Source of the DNA: Styela clava
Taxonomy: Eukaryota
Length of the DNA: 64,000 nucleotides
Assembly (NCBI RefSeq): GCF_964204865.1
Contig: NC_135251.1
Coordinates: forward strand, 9,176,001 to 9,240,000
Direction: 5' to 3'
The notes beneath the pieces were generated by a model. It was not told where the DNA came from. It did no database searches and was given only the letters and a program-made list of their open reading frames with translations. A program made the translations under genes and the position numbers. Below are positions 13,426 through 26,346 of this stretch, piece after piece. Position 1 is the first letter of the stretch. Every line of letters begins with the position of its first letter.

Positions 13426-15170
13426 ATGACAATTGACGATTGTTGTGAAGCTGAGTGCAATGTTAACAAATGTAATGATAGGAAAGGCTGCGACAAGTTC
13501 TGTGCAGTATTGCTGGCGGTGTATTCGATTTACAGCTTGATATCAACCATTGCAACCATTATATCGAACAGATGGCTCGTTGCCAACAACGAAAGTGCAT
13601 CGCAAGGGCTGTCACAGCTATGTGGTGTTGGAAATGAAGTCAACTGTACCAGCTCAAATAGTTGTGTACAATGCAAGGACATCGAAGGAAAGACGCATTG
13701 CGAGTCATTTGGTGAGTATAAATAGAAATTGGATATTTTATTTTTTTAGTCGCAATTTTGTCGCCTGTGCTTGTTGGCAGTCAGGATAAAAAGACTTCCT
13801 AGAAACTCTGCATAAAAAAAATTGTGGGCTAAAGTTTGAAAATTAACAATAATATAATAACAGTGAAGCTCCAGAAATTCACTTAAATTTAAAATTGATT
13901 TCAACTTACTTGCATTTAGTGAAAGACAGAGTAGTAATAAACTCAAAATATTTTTTAAAGAGTAAACCTATAAAATTTATTTAAGAATAACAATACCAAA
14001 GCAAAAATCCAACAATATAATATCAAACGTCTTCATAGTATAGTTTAAGTATCTTCTCCCTAAAATATTATACAATGCAAAGGTCAATAAATTCTTAAAA
14101 ATCACGTATTTTTCTCACTACCTTCCTCCACCACCTTTCATTTTGAAAACGCTCATATTTCTTTTAAACTATTTCAGACCGTGGATTTGACGAAAAAGTT
14201 GGGTTCAGTCTTTTAATTGTCTCTGCATCACTTCGATTCATTTCCTGCGGCCTTTCCACCGTCGTTGATTGGTTTGTCACCATCAACAAGTGTTGCTCAA
14301 ACTGTTCTAGCCCGCAATTTGTGACCATTGTTACAATAGAATCTATTGCTGGTGCTGCTTATTTTCTACTATTTCCATTATGTGATTTGTTCTATCAAAT
14401 TTTAAAGACTTGAAAAAAAAACTTTTTAGTTCCATTCAACTCATCAGTTTTTTCAAAACATTATAATGACTTATCTGAACGTTTGATTGCGCAATCTCTT
14501 ACCCAAATAGACTCATATAGACAATTCATTTCATTTAATATTCGACAGTCATCGCCCATAATCGTGGATATCTCCAATTATTTAACTTCTAAACTCAGTT
14601 TTCCGTCCTAATAAAAAAATAGAATTAACAGCAATATTCGAGTCCAATGTTTCTCACAAACTCGATGCTTGTCGTTATAAAAAAAAAACATATTCCTAAA
14701 AAAATTCTTTGAAACAAAAAACAAGACAAATGAGACAAAATATTAGAATACAAATGTTTCTGATTAGCATTCATTTCCAATTCATGAGTTCACGAGTGTA
14801 AGAGTGAAAAGTCAAGTGACCCAATGCGAAAACAAGTACAAACTTTTTTTTTTATTTCAGCATTTAAAATAGGCTGATTGACATTCTTTTCCAATTTAGG
14901 AGTGTAAGAACCTGAGACAATGTTTACAAATTAAATGACATAATTAATAAAGTTTATTTTATTTAAGCTATAATGGATCTCACAACAGCCATAATCTACG
15001 TCTTTTATAATGAAGACAAAAAACTGGAAGATATTCCGCTCATAGGTTCTTTGTGTGCAAGATTGGGAGGCGCATTCGGCTCAACATGTGCCAGAGTATT
15101 TTCGTTGATTCTACCAGTGATTCTATTTCTAAAATCATGGTATGAAGGCCCCATTGACAGAGCTAATTAA
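13426..15170 (+). CDS. Cys-rich claudin/PMP22-like four-TM membrane protein, 3 exons, 220 aa
   Basis: Exons 13426-13711 (G|gtgagt), 14178-14351 (tttcag|..G|gtgctg) and 14968-15170 (ttaag|) total 663 nt in one open frame. TM1 (AVLLAVYSIYSLISTIATII) is followed by W...GLSQLC...C, a variant of the claudin W-GLW-C-C signature. Three further hydrophobic segments follow, and AATAAA lies at ~15272. Confidence 0.75.
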
Positions 15171-17947
15171 GTAAACAAAAGAACAAGCTGAAAAAGAAAA
15201 CTCTAATCTAGCAACGTAACTAAACGTATCGTTTGATGAACTTTAAAACTTCAATTGTGGGCCTTTTTCTCAATAAAAATGACCAAATTTATCCAGTTTC
15301 AATCGTTACAAATTTAAGTGAAGATAAATAAAACTGAAGCTTTTAAATTTTCAATTCAGTAATATAACTCCAATTCAATTCACTAACTAACAACATACTG
15401 TTAATTCTAATATACTAATTGTGCAAATGTGCATATCTGACATTCTGTATATATGGATGTATAGCATATCGAAGTGTTCTGCTATCATAAATTTTACTCA
15501 GTACGAACGTACATCAATTAATGCCAGAGTATATGATGAGATATCAATTGGTACTTATTCGGGGTACAAATATGTGGAATAAAGAAAACTCCTAGATCAA
15601 GTGTTTGTTAGTTGACAAGCAAGTTTAATAGAATTGCATTTGTATGTAGGATTAAGTGATATTTTGTACACTCGTAATATTATTATCGTGAAAATATTAA
15701 GATGTAATTTCCACGCTTCCAATCAACTGCACAAGATACCAAGTAAGAGAAGAAATATATTATGCTTTGTGAACACAACAATTGATCCTGGTGAACAAAA
15801 CTAACAATCTGAAATTATAATAGTTAAGTCGTTATTCAACGATTAAGTAAATCCGCAATTATTGACTTTATTTCAAAGCCATTCTTAAGTCAACAAGCAT
15901 TGTATACCCAATGTATACTTGATATGTTCCGTATAATGCAATATTTCTGTATGTGTTACTGCCTGCAACATAGTATCTGACGAACTTGGAGCGCTAGGGG
16001 GCAGAGCCGGCAGTAAGATCTGCAACCATTGCACAACTGCATGTGAACGTACTCAGTTTTCAAACCAAAAATTAAAAGTAAATTCATGAAGTAAATTTAT
16101 TTACGGATTAACGGTGTAAGAACAACTCGCCAATTATTCCGTACCCATTAATATTACATTCATTGTCATCTTTTAATAGAATAAAAACATAAAAAACATT
16201 TATTAATGGAATACATTTATTTTTACGGTTCACAGATGTAACAACAAATAAGCGGCGTTCCCTCACATATACAGTATACGTGAAATATTGTCGATGCGTG
16301 TGGAATATACAGTTCGCCGAAACAGATGCCGAAACAAATTGTATGCACATTAAATTTACAGCAATAGCTTTGTATATAAGTAGCATTAATTTCCCACTCT
16401 TTTTGAGATCCAATTTTAGTGAATATGAATCTCCCAACTTGAATTATTTGCATTAATTTTGCATACACATTTGCTTGTGTTCTTATAAACATATGAGCAT
16501 GGAAGCAGGCTCGTAGCCAGTATTTTCAAAAAAGCGGGTTTCAAAATCGAAAATTCCCTTTCTGAAACAGTCGCCGAGATTACGCGCTAGTGAAACGAGC
16601 CGACTTTCTAAGCGTATAACGACTTTACTGTAGTGTAAAATATTCGCTTCATGTCAGCAACGAGAATCTATTTTTTTTCTCTATCATTATATTAGTGTAA
16701 CGTAACCTGCGGTTGGGTCTTCTTGCGTCAAAATGAAAACATTACTTCTCTGAAATACCACGTCAATCTGTTGACATAAAAATAAGTATTTAGTACTTGT
16801 ATACTATTTAGTTTTGAAACTTATATTTGCAATCTTGCGAATTCGTTATCGCCGTTAGAAAAAATTTCAAGACCTTCAATAAAATCCCGTAGAGTACAAT
16901 TAAATATATATAAAGTACATCAGTATATCGAAAATACATATTCATCGCTTCGAAATCCGCACATATTTTAAAAATCTTGCGTTATTTATTCAATTGTCTT
17001 CAATTTAGCATGCTTTTGCGTCGACAAAATAAAAGCATCACTTCTCTAAAATACCGGGGCAATTCGCAGAAATAAAAACGTGTAATAAACTCCCCGATTA
17101 AGTTTTGCCCGATTTAGTTTGAAAGCATCATGGCAAAACAATTATGTATACTTAAAATTTCAAATTAAAGTTATAATGATGATAAAAATGAAAATAAATT
17201 TTGACATTTATTACAGATTACCATAACTCTAATATGCAGCAAATTTAAATACAATATTGGTTAAACAAGTAAATAGAATACACAAAGGCTCGAATCACAA
17301 TAAAACTTTCCAATTTTAAAGTTTGAAAATTACTGATATACTTGCATTTGATACGAAGGTAAAAATTTAAGTTAGTCAAAAAACAATGAAATATTTGTAG
17401 AATCTGTAATTAACGTGGACTAAAAAATTATTAGATATTGAGAAGATGCCTTAGCAATGACCGGACAGTAATGTGTTAATTTCCAATATTTCCCGATTGA
17501 ACAATAAATAGGCCTACGCATGAAATACATCACACCCACCATTGTCTTTAAGGACAGAAACGTACATACAATAATGATATGCCATCATATTAAAAAAAAG
17601 GACTCACACGCAAGAAAAACAATCTGTAGTTAGAGTGAAAAATGTAAAATATTCTCGCATGTTTAACACACATTTTATTGAAACTTAAGTTATCGATTGT
17701 AGTTTTTGAAAACAGCGATGAGCAACAGACGCCATGTAATCTTAATAAACAGATATAAAAATAAAATGAGACACGGCATAACAAGAATAGCTACAACAAA
17801 ATAATTATAATATTGATAGGTACAGAATTTAAAAAAATGACGACGTCACGTATTTTGCAATGCCAGAACTGTGACATACTTTTAAATTTTAATTTACTTT
17901 TTATTTAGCTGGTTTGAAAAATACAAGAATTGCCTCATTTTGCGAAG

Positions 17948-20900
17948 TTAAGTTTTTTTCCTTAATTTCATTTCAGTGAGTTTTTCGAGAATGAAAATTG
18001 CGCTTCCACAACCACCAATATATCCCAGTATTATAGTTTCTTCGGTCCTTATAGTAGATCCCGTTCAAATTCAGATAACCACAGCTATTATTAAACCACC
18101 ATGGCCCTTTACGATCGAGTGCACAATTTCCCGCGGATCCATAGTTATCAAAATCTTCTGTAGTGAAGTACATTTCGTTGTGGTAAAGCATTTATTTCAT
18201 CTTGGATTGGTCCAGAATTGTCTCCAACTTTCAATCGATATTTGTCTCGCCCAGAGGAAATATTGAATATCTTGTAGAATAATTCGTTGCAACTTAAAAG
18301 TCATTTGTAGGACCCTTAGGGCGACTCGTTAATTTGGAACTCGCGGTAATCAAAGGAAAAATAAATATGACGTTTTGATAATTCAAATTTACTGAGTCAT
18401 TTTAAGTCCTCGGAATTTGAACAAAACTTGTCAAACAGTAAAATTAAAATTGTGATACTCACATAAGATACAACACACATAACATGAACGCCGCTATTGC
18501 CAAAATTATTGATCAGTTACTTGTATTGAGTGCAAACCATCTATAATAAAATATCTTGTAGTCGATGAGTCTACGAAGCGAGAGTTTCGTCGAGGTATGA
18601 TAATGATGAACAAAAAGGAAACTTGGATCGCTTGCTTTCTCTCCATTCAATGACCAATGTATTTAAAATTCCCGAGACTGGCAAATTTTTCTTTTAGGAT
18701 TTTAGGAGTTAATGTTAGAACAAATGCATTACTACTTTATTTTATGATTTTTTTCTGGCCTTCCAAGGAACTTCTATGGTTTACCCCTTTATTTAACCTA
18801 CTTCTAAAAACGTGCGACTTCAAGTGGATTTTTCTCAGATAGATGATATCAACGAGTGTTTTTATGTCTATTTACATTTGTATAAACTGGTTCTTGAACA
18901 TAGACTGAATGACTGCTTTTTGGTGTTGCCGAATTCGCACGTCATTCAAAAATCATGTTCTGTTGTTTCAGTAAAAAATAGACAATGACACATTTCAATG
19001 AATATTGAAATAATTGCTTTTTAATTTTTTGTTCTTTCTTTTTTAATCTTACCCAATATTTACTTTTATTTCTAGGTCTAATAGTTAACTACTCAACCAT
19101 ATTTAGCATACGTGATATTTCCTTCAAAATCTCCCAAATCTATTCTGAGTTCGTAGTTTGCATTCTTCGTCAGCTGGTGTATTGTCTCCAAACCTGTAAT
19201 TAAATAACATCAAAACTATAAACAAAGAAAGAGATATAACACCAAAACGAAGGAACAGTTTAAACTATTATATCAAAATGCATACAAGTTAGCATAAGTA
19301 ACCCTGACCAATACGTTGTGAAATAAAATTAAAATCGTTGTCTGCGGTAAAATATTTAGAAGAAATTTGTAATTTAAAACTTGGAAACTACCGTAATTTT
19401 TTTTTAAATAATTTCTTCTTTGTACATTTTTCATTGGAACTTTATAAATTATGATTTAAAATATTGCCGTTCTGATAATTCAGAACATTTGATTCAAATT
19501 CGAAGAGTCCGAGTTAATCAGTTAGTCTCTTTAGAAAATATTTAGGCAACAATATACTTTTAGTCACCACGACCTCATGATCAGCAGTTTGTGATTTTAC
19601 ATTAATTGTTGATCCACCTTACCCAACCAAAATTCGTTGTTCAATTTTCCGAATCCTTTTGCATAATCTTCCCAGTTTCTACGAAAGTTTTCTGAACCAT
19701 CGCGTCTACGTTGAAAAACCTTTAAAAAATTTACGAGTTTGAATTTGTTATATATAGTTTTTTTCTATCGTCATGAGCTAATATCGTTTCCCTGGAAGCA
19801 TATCCGCTTCTAACAATAATGTATTTATTAATTCCAAAATGTGTTTATCAAGTTTTATTGTGACCCGGTGGCATAAAATTTAGTTTTGCTTTGACAAATA
19901 ATAATGCCAAGAAGCTGTAAACCGTGGTTTCATCAGTAATTTTCTAATATTGCACGAAGTCTAGGAATACTTAATCTAACCAATATATTACCAGCGTTTC
20001 TACACGATTTCATGTTGAATTTAAATCAATCGGCGTAATTCAGGTTTACTAATTAATGAAATCAAATCAATGTTCAATAACAAAGATAAAACACTAACTT
20101 ACAATCCAACCGCCTCCGTCAGTTTCAAGATCGCAATAAACCTCAATTGGTTTATCTTCATATTCCGGATAAATATCAAAAACGCCACCAGTTGCATTCA
20201 ACACATTTGCTTTGGAACGAATGACTTTTGTGCCATCTGTTGGAAAGTTTAAAAAAAAAGACTATTAATTTGTAAAAATGGTTTATATTTTGCATATTTA
20301 TTAAAATTATCATGGCAATATTTTTCGAAAGTTTATCTTTGTAACAAATTACATTTGGTAATGGGGTAAAACGAGTAAATGTATTAGTGTTAAAAATGTG
20401 CCTGGCTCGCATGATTTTTTGTAAGGAAAACATCCTGAAACACCGATTACTAATACTTGAGATAAGAAATATTAAAAAGATAAATTGAATTAGGAATTCA
20501 TTTTTTATATGCTCTTAAACTGACATAAAATATCAAAAGGTATACATTTTAAATAACAATTTCAGCTGACGTTTTTCAACAAGATTTTTTTTTTATGAGT
20601 GCAGCAATTTCTAAAATATAATATTTAATGTTTCTTAAGTTTAAACATGTTGCAAACGAATTCATTCAGAAAGCGGTAAAGAATTTCATACCTCGTCAAT
20701 GTAGAACCTTCATTTTTAGTAATATGAAATTTGAGTGTTAATTAAGGGGCCATATTTGCAAATTCGCCTTGGGTTATTTGACTCAATTATGTATTTTAAG
20801 TATCTTTGGACATTGCGCAATAAGTTTGTGATTTTTTTTCAGATAAATTATTGCGATTACCGTGGTGTAGATTGTCATCGGTTATACTAACAATATTTTA

Positions 20901-21532
20901 TTTATAATTAATATAGAAATTATAAAACTCACCAGAACCGTCGTCTTTCTGTAAAAAAATAAACAAACTGATAAATAATTAGGTATTTTATTTATAGTAT
21001 CCCCCAAAGTATGCAAAACAAGAAAAATTGTCTAATATTTTGTTTTGAACACAACGTAATCTGTCAGAATCATTTGAAAAAACAAAGCGAACTTATTGAT
21101 TATTTTGCTAAATTGTTGTTGTTGATAATTTGAGATATCTTCTTACTTGGCAATCTCCCACCGATACCAATTTCCCGTTGACCAACTTTTTGATGCAAAC
21201 TCCATCTATAAGAAATAAACGTTTGTTAGAAATACTATAAGATAAGCAAAGCAAAAAAATATTTAAAAATGTTTCATGTGTAACGTTTGAAATTTAAACT
21301 TCGTCTTTATAACAAATAAATTGTTTGTATTCTAAATTAGTTTTGAAGTTTTGCTTTTTTCAATACGACAGAAACCTAAATCTGAACTATATTTTAGTTG
21401 AAATTCATTTGTTCAAACAATGAATAAATATTATTTTTCTAAAAAAAAACTTACCAGGAACTTTAACACCAAGTGTATAATCAGTAAGGCATAAAAAAAA
21501 AGTAGAACCCCATAAATTGATATGAAAATCAT
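17948..21532 (-). pseudogene. Secreted fibrinogen-related domain (FReD; ficolin/tenascin/angiopoietin-like C-terminal domain) gene, left copy, disabled
   Basis: Mirror of the right copy, with the motifs [42 protein letters not shown] and NCALDRKGPWWF. It shares the exon-1 and last-exon frameshifts. Private changes are the first FReD Cys to Gly (GAT GGC) and a +1 frameshift near the C-terminus (HSRKTH*). Confidence 0.85.
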
Positions 21533-22818
21533 TTCGTTAAATTCTATTGTGCGAAACTTTTTGATGCAAGGAATCAAAGATAAAAAAGAAATATTGAATA
21601 ACTTGTGTAATTCGTCTTCAGCATTTTAATATCTGCTAATAGAAATCCAACATTGATAATCCAAAAAATACATATACATATTATTCTTTTGAACCAAACG
21701 TGGTGGTTGTTGGCCCAGATCTCAGGGTATTTTTGAAAAGTACACAGTAGCGCTTATTAGCAATGACGTCTTGTACAAAACTATTTGAAGCGAAACACGT
21801 ATGAAAACGTTGTAATAGAACGACCACCGACCCATAATATACCCATAAATAACTTGAATTAACACATTATGAATCTAAGTGATTGCTTTCAATTTGCGCA
21901 AGGTGTATGAAAATAAAGCAATCGCTGTAACAGAATTTAAAACCACAGCAATTATAAATGATGCAATAACAAATAATATGTCGTCAGTCATTTTGCTTGA
22001 TGAGCGAGCCAGTAAAAGAGGTTTTCAGAATGAGGTTGAGGTCTTGGCATGAGAAACGATAAAATTTTGTTGTCTTCGTATTTCAATCCCATAAAATTAC
22101 AATCCTATTTAAATTGTAGTTGAAGTAGCTACAAAATTTTAATAGCAATGACGAAACCATGGCTGAATTCTTTTATATTTATATATTAGATTGGTAGAAG
22201 TGCTAAAAACACAAAATTATATTTCTCCGCATGAGAGAAGTTGTGTCTTGTCCAGGGGACAATTAGGACTTGGTATTATAGTAAAGATATATGAAATATA
22301 AAAAACGAGTAGATAGATTTCGTTCACATCTGAAACAATTTTATTATTACTGATGACCAACAGAAACTGACATGTTATTTGTTATTGCATCATTTATAAT
22401 TCCTGTGGTTTTAAATTCTGTTACAGCGATTGCTTTATTTTCATACACATTGAGCAAATTGAAAGCAATCACTTAGATTCATAATGTGTTAGTTCAAGAT
22501 ATTTATGGGTATATTATGGGTCGGTGGTCGTTCTAGCACAACGTTTTCATACGTGTTTCGCTTCAAATAGTTTTGTACAAGACCTCATTGCTAATTAGCG
22601 CTACTGTCTACTTTTCAAAAATACCCTGAGATCTGGGCCAACCACCACCACGTTTGGTTCAAAAGAATAATATGTATATGTATTTTTTTTGATTATCAAT
22701 GTTGGATTTTTATTAGCAGATATTAAAATGCGGAAGACGAATTACACAAGTTATTCAATATTTCTTTTTTATCTTGGTTTCCTTGCATCAAAAATTTCGC
22801 ACAATAGAATTTAACGAA

Positions 22819-25800
22819 ATGACTTTCATATCAATTTATGGGGTTCTACTTTTTTTTTATGCCTTACTGATTATACACTTGGTGTTAAAGTTCCTAGTAA
22901 GTTTATAGTTCAGATTTAGGTTTCTGTCGTATTGAAAAAAGCAAAACTTCAAAACTAATTTTGAATACAAACAATTTCTTTGTTATAAAGACGAAGTTTA
23001 AATTTCAAACGTTACACATAAAACATTTTTAAATATTTTTTTGCTTTGCTTATCTTATAGTATTTCTAACAAACGTTTATTTCTTATAAATGGAGTTTGC
23101 ATCAAAAAGTTGGTCAACGGGAAATTGGTATCGGTGGGAGATTGCCAAGTAAGAAGATATCTCAAATTATCAACAACAACAATTTAGCAATATAATCAAT
23201 AAGTTCGCTTTGTTTCTTTCAAATGATTCTGACAGATTACGTTGTGTTTGAAACAAAATATTAGACAATTTTTCTTGTTTTGCATACTTTGGGGGATACT
23301 ATAAATAAAAAACCTAATTATTAATCAGTTTGTTTATTTTTTTACAGAAAGACGACGGTTCTGGTGAGTTTTATAATTTCTATATTAATTATAAATAAAA
23401 TATTGTTAGTATAACCGATGACAATCTACACCACGGTAATCGCAATAATTTATTTGAAAAATCACAAACTTATTGCGCAATGTCCCAAGATACTTAAAAT
23501 ACATAATTGAGTCAAATAACCCAAGGCGAATTTGCAAATATGGCCCATTAATTAACACTCAAATTTCATATTACTGAAAATGAAGGTACTACATTGACGA
23601 GGTATGAAATTCTTTACCGCTTTCTGAATGAATTCGTTTGCAACATGTTTAAAATTAAGAAACATTAAATATTATATTTTAGACATTGCTGCACTCATAA
23701 AAAAAAAATCTTGCTGAAAAACGTCAGCTGAAATTGTTATTTAAAATGTATACCTTTTGATATTTTATGTCAGTTTAAGAGCATATAAAAAGTGAATTCC
23801 TAATTCAATTTATCTTTTTAATATTTCTTATCTCAAGTATTAGTAATCGGTGTTTCAGGATGTTTTCCTTACAAAAAATCATGCAAGCCAGGCACATTTT
23901 TAACACTAATACATTTACTCGTTTCACCCCATTACCAAATGTAATTTGTTACAAAGATAAACTTTCGAAAAATATTGCCATGATAATTTTAATAAATATG
24001 CAAAATATAAACCATTTTTACAAATTAATAGTCTTTTTTTTTTTGAGTTTTTCCAACAGATTGCACAAAAGTCATTCGTTCCAAAGCAAAAGTGTTGAAT
24101 GCAACTGGTGGCGTTTTTGATATTTATCCGAAATATGAAGATAAACCAATTGAGGTTTATTGCGATCTTGAAACTGACGGAGGCGGTTGGATTCTAAGTT
24201 AGTTTTTTATCTTTGTTATTAAACATTGATTTGATTTCATTAATTAGTAAACCTGAATTACGGCGATTGATTTAAATTCAACATGAAATCGTGTAGAAAC
24301 GCTGGTAATATATTTGTTAGATTAAGTATTCTTAGACTTTGTGCAATATTAAAAAATTACTGATGAAACCACGGTTAACAGCTTCTTGGCATTATTATTT
24401 GTCAAAGCAAAACTAAATTTTATGCCACCGGGTCACTATAAAACTTGATAAACACATTTTGGAATTATTAATTACATTATTGTTAGAAGCGGATATGCTT
24501 CCAGGGAAACGATATTAGCTCATGACGATAGAAAAAAATATATATACCAAATTCAAACTCGTAAATTTTTAAAGGTTTTTCAACGTAGACGCGATGGTTC
24601 AGAAAACTTTCGTAGAAACTGGACAGATTATGCAAAGGGATTCGGGAAGTTGAACAACGAATTTTGGTTGGGTAAGGTGGATCAACAATTAATGTAAAAT
24701 CACAAACTGCTGATCATGAGGTCGTGATGAATAAAAATATATTGTTGCCTAAATATTGTTTAAAGAGACTAACTGACTAACTCGGACTCTTCGAATTTGA
24801 ACCAAATGTTCTGAATTAACAGAACGGCAATATTTTAAATCATAATTTATAAATTTCTAATGAAAAATGTACAAAGAAGAAATTATTTTAAAAAAAATTA
24901 CGGTAGTTTCCAAGTTTTAAATTACAAATTTCTTCTAAATATTTTACCGCAGACAACGATTTTAATTTTATTTCATAACGTATTGGTCAGGGTTTCTTAA
25001 GCTAATTTGCATGCATTTTGATTTAATAGTTTAAACTGTTCCTTCGTTTTGGTTTTATATCTCTTTCTTTGTTTATAGTTTTGATGTTATTTAATTACAG
25101 GTTTGGAGACAATACACCAACTGACGAAGAATGCAAACTACGAACTCAGAATAGATTTGGGAGATTTTGAAGGAAATACCACGTATGCTAAATATGGTTG
25201 AGTAGTTTAACCATTAGACCAAGAAATAAAAGTAAATATTGGGTAAGATTAAAAAAGGAAAAACAAAAAATTAAAAAGCAATTATTTCAATAATCATTGA
25301 AATGTGTCATTGCCTATTTTTTACTGAAACAACAGAACATGATTTTTGAATGACGTGCGAATTCGGCAACACCAAAAAGCAGTCATTCAGTCTATGTTCA
25401 AGAACCAGTTTATACAAATGTAAATAGACATAAAAACACTCGTTGATATCATCTATCTGAGAAAAATCCACTTGAAGTCGCACGTTTTTAGAAGTAGGTT
25501 AAATAAAGGGGTAAACCATAGAAGTTCCTTGGAAGGCCAGAAAAAAATCATAAAATAAAGTAGTAATGCATTTGTTCTAACATTAACTCCTAAAACCCTA
25601 AAAGAAAAATTTGCCAGTCTCGGGAATTTTAAATACATTGGTCATTGAATGGAGAGAAAGCAAGCGATCCAAGTTTCCCTTTTGTTCTTCATTATCATAC
25701 CTCGACGAAACTCTCGCTTCGTAGACTCATCGACTACAAGATATTTTATTATAGATGGTTTGCACTCAATCCAAGTAACTGATCAATAATTTTGGCAATA

Positions 25801-26346
25801 GCGGCGTTCATGTTATGTGTGTTGTATCTTATGTGAGTATCACAATTTTAATTTTACTGTTTGACAAGTTTTGTTCAAATTCCGAGGACTTAAAATGACT
25901 CAGTAAATTTGAATTAATAAAACGTCATATTTATTTTACCTTTGATTACCGCGAGTTCCAAATTAACGAGTTGCGCTAAGGGTCCTACAAATGACTTTTA
26001 AGTTGCAACTAATTATTCTACAAGATATTCAATATTTCCTCTGGGCGAGACAAATATCGATTGAAAGTTGGAGATCATTCTGGACCAATCCAAGATGAAA
26101 TAAATGCTTTACCACAACGAAATGTACTTCACTACAGAAGATTTTGATAACTATGGATCCGCGGGAAATTGTGCACTCGATCGTAAAGGGCCATGGTGGT
26201 TTGATAATAGCTGTGGTTATCTGAATTTGAACGGGATCTACTATAAGGACCGAAGAAACGATAATACTGGGATATATTGGTGGTTGTGGAAGCGCAATTT
26301 TCATTCTCTAAAACTCACTGAAATGAAATTAAGGAAAAAAACTTAA
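22819..26346 (+). pseudogene. Secreted FReD protein gene, right copy, disabled (7 exons)
   Basis: Exons: 22819-22896 (signal-peptide-like), 23090-23148, 23348-23363 (16-nt microexon), 24060-24193 (DCTK..GGVFDIYP..VYCDLETDGGGWI), 24575-24671 ([14 protein letters not shown]), 25101-~25197 (LETIHQLT..YELRIDLGDFEG..YAKY) and ~26024-26346 (FNISS..KYRLKVGDHSG..YHNEMYFTTEDFDN..SLKLTEMKLR). Lesions: exon-2 acceptor AG>AA, exon-4 donor GT>CT, extra ATAA at 26100-26103, and a T9 run that puts exon 1 out of frame. Confidence 0.88.

Larger units (their letters stand above)
8803..15950 (+). repeat. Segmental duplication copy 1 (~7 kb; direct repeat of 26664-33865) carrying the claudin-like gene
   Basis: Colinear similarity runs from ctgccaattgattttgttacatt (8803 / 26664) through paired track ORFs (9898/27501, 10887/28836, 13426/30835) to ...gcaatatttctg (~15940 / ~33860), with indels. 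Confidence 0.9.

Noticed and set aside
17976-26304. Mirror-image ORF pairs (17976/26029, 18657/25453, 20176/23860) as conserved small proteins
   Set aside because: They are antisense or intronic frames that match only because of the recent inverted duplication.
17948-26346. FReD genes as v-Themis-like self-incompatibility ligands
   Set aside because: No surrounding polycystin-like (s-Themis) exons were recognised, the organism is not established, and the motifs are generic FReD.
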